Of a DNA stretch of 64,000 bases, positions 24,611 through 34,702 are shown one piece after another. Under the pieces are notes generated by a model, which was given only the letters and a program-made list of their open reading frames with translations, was not told the origin of the DNA and made no database searches. Each line of letters begins with the position of its first letter. Positions within the stretch are counted from its first letter, which is position 1. The stretch comes from Lepidodermella squamata. Taxonomy: Eukaryota > Animalia > Gastrotricha. The position numbers and the translations under genes were made by a program. The stretch is from positions 1,302,001 to 1,366,000 of the forward strand of contig JBLDXI010000007.1 in the NCBI GenBank assembly GCA_047495785.1. Reading direction: 5' to 3'.

Positions 24611-26053
24611 ATGACTGTAGCATGCTCGTCGATAACCAGCAACAAAAACTGCCCATGGTTAGCCACCGACAAAATCTGCAGCGTCGTCGAAGAAATTCTA
24701 CCTCACCTCGGCGTTAATTTTACCGAAGCTAGAATAACCGGAAAAAATATGTCAAAAATCGTCAAAGGAAACCAACCGTACCGAGAGGACGCCCCGCGAC
24801 TAGCCACGCAATTCTCCCTACCCGGCGGCCATTCTTCAGCTGTTACCGTGGAGCTAGCCGGGCTGGATCCTGAGAGCTACAACAAATTATTAGCCCTAGA
24901 TTCTGCTGGTTTGTTAAGCAAAGTTTCGTCGATTTTGTTGACCGAAGTTTCAGACGCCTACTCGCCAGCTGTTCACCTCCTGCTATCCTGCTGCACGCAT
25001 CTCGGTGATACCAAAGTTATCAGTTACGTTCTCGATAAAATCGGCGGTCTAGTGCCGAAATGCGCCCTGCAATCGCTGCTATGGCGATCGATAGCTAGCT
25101 GTTGCGCCGAGTCAGTGTCCGCCTTCCTGAACCACGGTGCTCAAGTTACGGACGTCGCGTCGTGCAAAGCCCTGGAAAAGACCGTCATCGCCAACTTCAT
25201 CGCCTGTAAACAAAGCCTCATGTTACGGACCATGCGTGACGGGCAATGGAACGCGTTTTCCGCGTCAAATCGCCTCAAAATCTGCGACGTCCTGCGAATG
25301 CTAGTTCAAGAGCCGAGGTACACGCTCCGCCGGCCGGCTAATGTTTTCCGGTTGAACGACGAGCTGCTCGGCAATATCTGCCAGTTGTCCTTCTTCGGCC
25401 CGGATGCGGTTAACCCGGTTCTTAACGCAGATCGAGCTTTCCTAAACTACCGAGAATCGACGCTACAGTCAATTCTCACCGGTGAAACTTCCTGCCGTAG
25501 CTCGTACTCGAATTTTTTAGTCGATTTCGAGCGTTTTAGCAAGTCTTTACTCGCAAATCATCGTGTAGATAATAGTACGTTTCAAAGTCAAGTTATCGGG
25601 CGGTTCCTAGTTTTTGGCATGTTGCCATTGTTACGCTCCGGTGCGGTTGTCGACGCGAAAAGCCTCAGTGACTGGCACTTGAAATTCGATTTCGGCAACA
25701 TGGGCTGTGAGATGAATGCGCGCCTATGGGGCCGTAATTTAATTCACATCGACATGCTGTTATCGTCAATTAGCTATGACATGGCCCGGTGTGTCCGGCT
25801 ACCTACGCTGCGCAGCGACGATAGTGAGGTGTTTCGCAGGGTGATTGCGGCGAAATTTCCGTTTTCGCTGCAGGTCACCGCGAGACGGGCGATTCTGGCG
25901 AGACTGCCGCTCGGCCTCGCGGCTCGTCGCCATGCAATCGGCGACTTGCCACTACCCGGTGTTTTGAAAAACTATCTAGATTTTTGTGAATTTGAGCCGC
26001 TAATCAATACCAGTGATTTTCTACTACGCGACTCGCCCGAATCACCTTCTTGA
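24611..26053 (+). CDS. Intronless SOCS-box protein with degenerate ankyrin-like repeats (ASB-like)
   Basis: C-terminal PFSLQVTARRAILARL...IGDLPLPGVLKNYL is a SOCS box (BC + cullin box); ESVSAFLNHGAQV and LLRSGAVVD are ankyrin-like. Confidence 0.7.
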   Translation: MTVACSSITSNKNCPWLATDKICSVVEEILPHLGVNFTEARITGKNMSKIVKGNQPYREDAPRLATQFSLPGGHSSAVTVELAGLDPESYNKLLALDSAGLLSKVSSILLTEVSDAYSPAVHLLLSCCTHLGDTKVISYVLDKIGGLVPKCALQSLLWRSIASCCAESVSAFLNHGAQVTDVASCKALEKTVIANFIACKQSLMLRTMRDGQWNAFSASNRLKICDVLRMLVQEPRYTLRRPANVFRLNDELLGNICQLSFFGPDAVNPVLNADRAFLNYRESTLQSILTGETSCRSSYSNFLVDFERFSKSLLANHRVDNSTFQSQVIGRFLVFGMLPLLRSGAVVDAKSLSDWHLKFDFGNMGCEMNARLWGRNLIHIDMLLSSISYDMARCVRLPTLRSDDSEVFRRVIAAKFPFSLQVTARRAILARLPLGLAARRHAIGDLPLPGVLKNYLDFCEFEPLINTSDFLLRDSPESPS

Positions 26054-27742
26054 CGGGCTTGAATGGATGGATGAATGAATGAAGGATCCGATGTTAATAT
26101 GCAAACCGGTTACACATTTTAATCTACATTACCTTTGATGGCGAATTAAATTATAAATTTGTTGTTTTTTATCACGATGTGTGTCCAGTTTATTATAATA
26201 CAGAGTTTTCATGCTTGGTTTCGAGGTAGTTAGGCAACACGTGACTGGGCAGACCGCTAACCTGAACATGATGCTGCCAATTTTATTAATGATGCCAACA
26301 AAAAATCAGACGAAATATCCAAAAAAGTCATTTCGTGCCGCTAAACAATAAGACTATCACGTGAGCTTATAGTCTACATGCACATTAAATTGGTAATAAT
26401 AATAATGCATCCGGTGACAGCAATCCACGGCTTAAACGGTTTCGTCGTGATATTCAACGGTTTATGGAAAGCGGTATTTTCGCATCGATGCTTTTCCTCA
26501 TCCCGAATAAATTATTACATTTCCCGATCAACGTATTTTTTTGCGCATCGATAAATTTATTCAAGCCAATTTAATTGAAAAATGCAATTTGTCCACGACG
26601 TTCCATCTCCTATATACAGATTGGCTTATATCCTTATAAAATTTTGAAACGCAATTAAAATTTGAGCTTAAAAACGTAAATGCCCAGCCCGAAGTCATCC
26701 GAAAAATAGCAAAAATCAAACAAGAGAAATAAGCAAAATTTTAGAACTCAATTTTGGTATCTCATTTTATCGAAGTATTTTTGGTAACCTGAGGTGGGAA
26801 ATCTTGCTAGATATTCAAAGATTTTGGCGTGATCAGGCTAGGGTCTCCACATGAACCTGAATCAACAAGATTTTTCTTTTCTTTTAATTTGATTTTTTTA
26901 TTTAAGGGGGACTGGAGCCTTCTGAAAATCTGAAATTTGGAATTAGAGCCTTGAATCCAAGAATGGAGCTTCTTCAAAGCCAGCGCCTTTTCGAGATATG
27001 CTGGAAATTCGCCAAGAATTCACCAAACCCTACTTTATTCTTAGTAACAGTCAAATGGTGGTTTAGTCATGCAATTATTTTTCATTATTATCATTTATTT
27101 ATTTTATTTTTTTACGAAATACCTCTTCGGTAGTTTGGCCTTGGGCATATATACGTTAATATTTTGTTTATCTCTAAATCGACCTCAATAGGCAAACAAT
27201 CATTTTTGGAAGATTATTTCATGCATTTATCGTTTGAAGGTTTCAAATCTTTTATCCAGCTTAACCTCTAAGCTGTAATATCCGCCGCAAAAAACTTGAA
27301 ATTGTTCAGAAAAGCAGATTGCCATGAAATCGGAAAATCACGTCAGATAAAAATGTAACATTGTTATACGAGTGCACGACATTGGCTTCGAAAATGGAGG
27401 CGGGTCAAAATATAAGTTTTTTTTATATTCACGAATTAAAATTTCAATTAAAGCCCTGGAAGCCGTACAAAGAGAAAATCGGATCAATGGGCACAAATGA
27501 TAAAAAATTTCGAAAAATCACTGCAGTTTCAGAACGAATATCGATATTGCAAATTTGTTGAGGTTTATTAAAATCCCTACTGCTCGATTTATTCATACAA
27601 AGGTTGCTTGAATATTTAGAACTTGGGGTGAAAAAAAAATGGAAATGACGTGTAAGGAATAATGTTTTTATCGAAAAATGATGGCTCTAACGAATACTGC
27701 ATAACTAATTAAAAGCGAGGTAAAATGAAGCCTAGTCTAAAA

Positions 27743-28756
27743 ATGAAGATTTCAGAATTATTCATCCTGTTTGCATTAGTCGAAGCTGCAAAGGCCGTAA
27801 TCGGCGCCTTTGATCCTACCAAATGCGGTTTTGGTTCAACGCTGAACAACTACCCTTATTATCCACAAGCTTTCGAAGGCAATTTCCGCCATCGAAGCGG
27901 GTTTGATTATCGAAAACAACGTAATCACGCTGCCGCGAGGATTGTCAACGGCGCAGCGGCGGCTCCAGGCGAATTTCCGTTTCAAGTCCTATTAATCGTG
28001 GAAGGTTATCATACCCAAAAGGCTATGAGATTGGCGAAACGATGCGGAGCTGCATTGATAGACCTGCACTGGGTTCTGACTGCTGAGCATTGCTTTGAAT
28101 ACATGAACCCTCTGGACAGGGTTGTGCTCGCATTCGGAGGCACTTCGATGTCACCTGGGAACTTTATGGAATTACGCGTAATGAAGCCGGGCGTTGACCT
28201 TCTTTACTTCATGCAGCCTGATTACCCCTTCAAAACCTATTCCTACGACCTTGCGCTGATAAAAATCAACCGTAACTAATTATTCCCCATTTTTTTCAGG
28301 GATTCAATTCTTATTATAGCTCCTTTGCCGAACTACTCACATCTTTTCAATCCTATTTGCTTGCCGACAATTCAATCAAGGATCTACCACGGTCAATCGT
28401 TGATGATAGCTGGCTGGGGTAAAAACGAACTGGGCGATTTTCCTAACAATCTCCAGAAAATCACGCGAACTTTGATGCCGGGCCAATTTTGCATAGATCA
28501 TCATTATCCCCAGTTCGACAGTAACATTCAATTGTGCGCGACTAATGGCACGCTGGATGGCGATTCTGGCGGTGCTTGGGCGATCATAGATCAGCCATTT
28601 GGTCCTGTTGTTGGCCGCAAATGGACCATTGTTGGCATTACTAGCTTGGCATTCCATTACAGCCTCACTGGGAGGCTGGCTGAGATTCAAGCCGGAGCTG
28701 CGATCGCTCCCGAAGTTTTAAATTGGATCAGGGACATTACCGGTACAATCTGGTAA
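27743..28756 (+). CDS. Secreted S1 (chymotrypsin-family) serine protease, copy 1; intron 28272-28319
   Basis: Signal peptide, CG pro-region, R|IVNG activation site, TAEHC, YDLAL, GDSGG. Alternative ATG at 27725. Confidence 0.85.
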
Positions 28757-29108
28757 TCTACTGGTCAAAATCTTCTTCACAGAATTATAGAATATTTGAG
28801 GCAATTATCGTTATCATAGTCCAATTAAACTTGACTTGGAAAAATCCTTCACCTCATATATTTTTTTACTTCTATTCTCCGAAGCGTGATTGTGAACAGT
28901 ATTAGTTTTTGCTTGAAAGTGAGCTTTTTCTGGTGGAATCGGACCTTGTAGGCTTGGGACGTCGAAATGAAAGGTTACAATGATATTGTAGTATGTTTAG
29001 TGGCTTAATGTTAAAAGTGCCAAGTAGCCATAAACGAAGTGATGACGTATTAATTGGATCAATTTTGAAAGTTTCACGGGTTCCATCAAAAATGAATGCT
29101 TCACATTC

Positions 29109-29990
29109 TTATTTCCTTGCTGCAGACCATGCATTCGCGGCCCAGGAAGCGGATGGCTCCGAACCCTGATTGCCAGCCCAAGCTGAAGCTCCATCGCTCC
29201 ATGCATTAGCAGCCCAGGAAGCTGATCGCTCGGACCTTTGGTTACCCGCCCAAGCTGAAGCAACATCGCTCCATGAACCAGCAGCCCAGCTCAATGGACT
29301 GGCAGCCCAAGCAGCAGATCGCTCCGAATCCTGATTGCCAGCCCAAGCTGAAGCTCCATCGCTCCATGCATTAGCAGCCCAGGAAGCTGATCGCTCGGAC
29401 CTTTGGTTACCCGCCCAAGCTGAAGCAACATCGCTCCATGAACCAGCAGCCCAGCTCAATGGACTGGCAGCCCAAGCAGCAGATCGCTCCGAATCCTGAT
29501 TGCCAGCCCAAGCTGAAGCTCCATCGCTCCATGCGTTAGCAGCCCAGGAAACTGATCGCTCGGACCTTTGGTTACCTGCCCAAGCTGAAGCACCATCGCT
29601 CCATGAACCAGCAGCCCAGCTCAATGGACTGGCAGCCCAAGCAGCAGATCGCTCCGAATCCTGATTGCCAGCCCAAGCTGAAGCTCCATCGCTCCATGCG
29701 TTAGCAGCCCAGGAAACTGATCGCTCGGACCTTTGGTTACCTGCCCAAGCTGAAGCACCATCGCTCCATGAACCAGCAGCCAAGCTCAATGGACTGGCAG
29801 CCCAAGCAGCAGATCGCTCCGAATCCTGATTGCCAGCCCAAGCTGAAGCTCCATCGCTCCATGCGTTAGCAGCCCAGGAAGCTGATCGCTCGGACCTTTG
29901 GTTACCCGCCCAAGTTGCAACACCTGCACTCCATGAATCGGCGGATACTGACACGGCCAATGTCACCAAGACGAAATTTGCTGCGAACAT
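29109..29990 (-). CDS. Secreted Trp/Ala/Ser-rich tandem-repeat protein (55-aa/165-bp unit, ~4.7 copies)
   Basis: Signal peptide MFAANFVLVTLAVSVSA; repeat period 165 bp (29221, 29386, 29551, 29716, 29881). Confidence 0.8.
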   Translation of the reverse strand: MFAANFVLVTLAVSVSADSWSAGVATWAGNQRSERSASWAANAWSDGASAWAGNQDSERSAAWAASPLSLAAGSWSDGASAWAGNQRSERSVSWAANAWSDGASAWAGNQDSERSAAWAASPLSWAAGSWSDGASAWAGNQRSERSVSWAANAWSDGASAWAGNQDSERSAAWAASPLSWAAGSWSDVASAWAGNQRSERSASWAANAWSDGASAWAGNQDSERSAAWAASPLSWAAGSWSDVASAWAGNQRSERSASWAANAWSDGASAWAGNQGSEPSASWAANAWSAARK

Positions 29991-30773
29991 GTTTAGAGCT
30001 TGGAATTTAAGCTGGAAATCTCAAATCCAGTGTATTATTTGCTGAAACTGCGCGGAAAAAGTTCTGGAAACGGGTTTAAATAGGATGTCGAGCCCGGCGC
30101 ATGAGCCGGCTTCTGGAAGTTTCTGTGCGTGATCAGGAAGTCCTCGAGGGTGTTAGACCGACTTCTTGAACCCTCGGCATAATCTGGTAATTTCAAGTCA
30201 AAATGCCGCCACTAGAATGAAACATTGACGCAATTAATTGCCTGACTGCCAAATTTAGAACCGCGCCAGAAAATGTCGCGATTCCGAGCTATTTTTAGAA
30301 TGTCTTCGGTGAATTCTTGGCAAAAGCTCGTGAGAAATGACCTGAAAGCTCGACGATGCTCGAATACTAGTTACAGTGTCTCGCCGAGTATTAATGAAAA
30401 CTCCAGCCGAGTGATTTCCGTGATCAGTTCGCAATTTCAACTTTGCGTGATTCGCATGTGAATGAGGTTCTAGATATTCGGCAGTCTCAACCGCAAGTGT
30501 TATCAGCCTGTCGTCGAAGAAAAAAAGATTAAAAAGTTGAACACTAAACCACAAGAGACAAACCACCAGGTTAAACCAACAATTGATTACAAATGAAGTT
30601 TAATTGAACATCATAATTGATGACATTAAATGACGATTGAACAGAAAAAGCGAGATCGTGACGCTAGGCGAAATCCTTGAAACCGTATTGTTGGCCGTAA
30701 TTTCAGATCAATCAACGAGGAATAGAACGAGGCCGATGAACGAGGCATGTATTCAAAAAATTTTCAGCCTAAT

Positions 30774-31237
30774 TCTTCTTTCGGCCTATCATTTTTTTCT
30801 GATCTGACCCATGTAGCAAGACAATAGAGCCTTGCCAGCGGCTCATCGCCCACGCCGTTGTTAGTTATTGTCTGAAAAACAGCATTTACAGAATTGAAGC
30901 GCCCCTCTGAATAATTGTGGATAACTTATTTTCTTGGGTGCATATTTTAAATATAGCCTTGGCTCGCGGAAAATGCGAGAAAAACTGTCTGATTAAACTT
31001 TTAAAAGGTGGTGTCACGGACGAGTAAAAAAAAATTGAAACAATTTCAGCCCAGTTCTATGACAACGCATATGATGACTCCATCATTTGAGTAAGACATA
31101 ATACACGCATGAGAACGGCGTGGGCATTTAACAGCAGGCTCTGCTGTCTTGCTACATCGGTCAGATCAAGAAAAATGATGGGATCTGTTTTGTCTTGCTA
31201 CATAGGTCAGATCAGAAATGAAATGATGCCGAAAGGG
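30774..31237. mobile_element. MITE-like element (possibly piggyBac-type) ending a few bases before the TATA box of the next gene
   Basis: Inverted repeats tctgatctgacccatgtagcaagaca / tgtcttgctacat(c/a)ggtcagatca (twice on the right); right end gaaaggg|ttag. Confidence 0.5.
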
Positions 31238-31296
31238 TTAGTATATAAATACCCAAAAGAAAACCCACAGTCTGTCTTTGATTATAAGCATTGAAG

Positions 31297-33666
31297 ATGT
31301 CAACTTTCCAAGTGTTGGTATTAGCCACCTTCGGTGCAATTGCTCTCGCGCATCCTGATTATCAGCAACTCATTCCAAATGGAAATAAGATTCCTTCACC
31401 TTGCGATCCCGAAGAAACCTGGCAAGGCTTGGGCCATGAATACGTCATGGGAACAGGTTTATAAATCCCTAGGTGATCAGCTTTTGAAGTCTAATACTTA
31501 CCTCAAATAGGTCCCCTCAACAAATTTGGCCGAGCGTTCCTCGCAAGCAAAAAAACCTGGACCAAAAGCTTTTGCCAGGCTGATTCTGACGGCGATGGGA
31601 GAACCAACGGCGAGGAGCTAGGTGATCCCAATTGCGTGTGGACAAGGGGCGCAACGCCTGAGATAACAGACCGAAGCCAGCTATCGCACCCTGGTGTTTG
31701 TGAACCTATTGGTTCAGCCAGATGCACGGACGACTTGCGTTTTCTGCGCGACATCGATTCTTGCAAAAAGAAGTTGAACGATACAAGCGACTGGTGCCCA
31801 GCCATAAAGTCGGCTGATGTGAAAACGTTGATTCTTCGCTTCGACGAGACTACGATTCCCGCTATTGAAACCAACTACTTTTGCCAAACTTTGGAAGTCC
31901 CGGCAGATCAGGATTATCATATCATTGCAGTGAGTTTGATACCTCTAAACCCCCATTAAGAGAGCCCATGCGTCACCTTGCTGCGCAGATATTCAGGTAG
32001 ATAGCGGACTTCTTGACCAATTATGCCGCGTACTCTGATGTCAGAAGTTTTAACTTTCAAATATTGTAACGGCTTTAGCTCCAAAATCAACTTCATGAAT
32101 CCGGCAATATACGAATCTATATCCGTTCGGTAGAGAATGTCGGGACCTTGGTTTTGGAGCTAAAACCGCCACAATATTCGAAAGTAACCCTTTGACATCA
32201 GAGCGCGTGGCGTTTTGACAAGTAGTTTGAACTTTCACTTTCGCTCTTATTTTGCGCATTTTTAGGGTGGAGTTTGGAAAGATATACTTGTTTATTTGCA
32301 TCTCTTTTAATAGTGGGAGCCGATAATCGATAACCCTCAGGTCATGCATCATCTCATCCTGTTCATCTGCGACTCGCCAGCAATGGAAGCCGAGATCAAT
32401 AAGACTGGCAATTACTCAGTTCCAACCGAATGCGGAATAGAGCCTTATGAATGCAGGAACCAAAACATCGCCTGGGCTTTCGGAATTAAAGGCCGTTGCT
32501 TCCCACCTGAGGCTGGCCTGGTGATGGGCAAGAGTTCGTATCGAAAAGTTATCCTGCAGATACATTACAACAACCCTATTCTTAAATCTGGCCTGCGAGA
32601 TACCTCCGGGTTGAAAATCTACTACACCACTCAACTACGAAAGAACAGCATGACGATGATCAGACCCGGCCAAGGCGACATAGCCATCCCGCCCAACTCG
32701 AAGATGTACTCGGTTGTAACTCGGACCTTTCAGTCGACGAGTTGCAGCCAACAAACTCTGGGCGTTAATTCAACGTCTTTCAAAATCATCAGTTTGCTTA
32801 TGCATATGCATACTTTGGGAAGACGGGCTAAGCTTATCTTGGAGAAGGCGAACGGCACGAAAATCGTCGTGTTCAGTGAGCCCTACTTCTACGACAGACC
32901 AACAATCATCGATTGGCACCCGGAGGATGCTCTGGAAGTCGAGCCTGGCGATAACTTTATCCTTGAATGCATCTATTCTTCTAGTGATCGCGACAAATGG
33001 ACCTTCGTGGGCAAGAACACAGCAGATGAGATGTGTCTGGTCATGCTTGAGGTAATTTTCACGGGAATATTCGATTCGAAGTAAATTTTTCACTTTCCTC
33101 CAGGTTTTTCCACGGCCGAATGGGCGAAACTTTATTGAAGGCCATACCGCAGGCAAATCAGACCAATGTGACATGCCTCGATTGTTTAAGAAAGACGGTG
33201 GAATGTGTCTGAAATCGACTCTTAACACAATAGTCAACTCAATGCGTAACGATTCGAGATTGTTAGACGTTTGCAACGACCCGTTGACTTCAAACTCGAA
33301 GAAGTGCTGCGAGTAAGTCTTTATATATGAATATCTATATCATTTGATTATCATGTTAACATTTTCAGGTTTTTGTCCCGCAACGAGTTCTTTAACTACA
33401 CCTGCTTGTACAGTGGCTCATTCGAACTAGTTAAGCGGCTACTTGATAACAGCACGAACTCGCAAACGATCAATAACGTTCATGCTAATATCGCGAAGTG
33501 CATCAACTCGGATATTATTGGCTCGGAATATAAGAGTGCTGCCGACGAAGATAGCCATGAGGAGGATGATAGTGTCGAGGCTGGCCACGCCAACGCTCTG
33601 GCTCTTAAATCATCTGGCAGTTCAGATCAACGTATTGTCCCGGCTATTAGTAATTCTCACGATTGA
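31297..33666 (+). CDS. Temptin-domain + copper type II ascorbate-dependent monooxygenase (DBH/TBH/MOXD1-like), 5 exons
   Basis: Exons 31297-31456, 31511-31929, 32314-33051, 33104-33312, 33369-33666; temptin motifs IPNG, GLGH, NKFG, DSDGDGRTNGEELGDPNCVW, SHPG; Cu ligands MHH, IHY, HMH, EMC; TATA tatataaa near 31243. Confidence 0.85.
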
Positions 33667-34020
33667 CAAAATGCAATTTAACAGCAATGTAAATAATACA
33701 TGATTTCCAAGTTTTTCAAGCTGTTTTCGCTCGATATTCAATTTGCTGTTATTGAGAAATTTCAAAATAAATCCTATTAATGAAAAGCGTCCAAATGTTT
33801 TTCGGAGATTAAACGTGACTATAAATCCGATGAAAATGCAGATAATGTGGCATTGAGTCTAATAATTACAATTCTGCCAAAGGAGATTCCTCTAAATGAT
33901 GAAATAATTTCTGTTCTGTTACTAAAAGGATAATGACGTGGGAGAAATAATTTTTCACCAAATGATTGTCTGCTGCATATCTAATCAAAAGCGAAGTACA
34001 CTGAAGCCTAGCCTAATAAA

Positions 34021-34335
34021 ATGAAGATTCAAGAGTTCTTCATTCTGTTTACGTTAGTCGAAATTGCTGAGGCTGATTTATTTCGATTGATTTAATCGAA
34101 ATTGCTGAGGCTGGAATCGATGCCTTCGATCCAGCAAAATGCGTTTTTTTGCTGTAAATAAAAACAGCGATTTCGGTTTTTAGCTGGATAACTACGATTA
34201 TCCTCATGACTTCAGCGGCAATTCTAGCCGGTTTGGGAAATATTATCAAAAGCAACGTAACCACGCTGCAGCGAGGATTGTCAACGGTACAGCCGCGGTA
34301 CCAGGACAGTTTCCTTACCAAGTCCTTTTCCTACT
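34021..34335 (+). pseudogene. Truncated, frameshifted fragment of the S1 protease family
   Basis: Near-identical to the 5' part of 42383.. (ctacgattatcctcatgacttc..gcaacgtaaccacgctgcagcgaggattgtcaacgg) with an internal duplication and insertions; ends abruptly before a cctaacctt-rich repeat. Confidence 0.8.
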
Positions 34336-34702
34336 GCACATTTTCCGCATGCTTTCCAAAGAAACCTTACCCTAACCTTAACCTTCCGAAGAAACCTTAT
34401 CCTTACCCTAAAGGCATAAACAAAACGATCCTTCACAAACCCTTAAAATGTTTATGTGATATGTTTCTCGATTATGTTTATTATATGAAATTATGTTGAT
34501 GCAATGCAGAAACTAACTTAACTTAACTTAGGAACTAACTTAATCAGCTGTATCTACTCTGTTGATCAAAACTATCGAGATGGTACCTTCCATGAGATAG
34601 CTACCGATTTCATATTGAATCATTGCATGACTGTAATGAATAATAAGAGTCATGTTGCAGAACTCAAAGCTCGCATCGTCCTGAAATTTGTAAAGAAATG
34701 TT

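Noticed and set aside
29109-29990. CRISPR-like array
   Set aside because: Contiguous coding tandem repeats with no unique spacers; eukaryotic context; no cas genes.
34365-34420. Interstitial telomere repeat (ccctaa-like)
   Set aside because: Only a few degenerate cctaac/ccttac units; more consistent with a TE-associated simple repeat.
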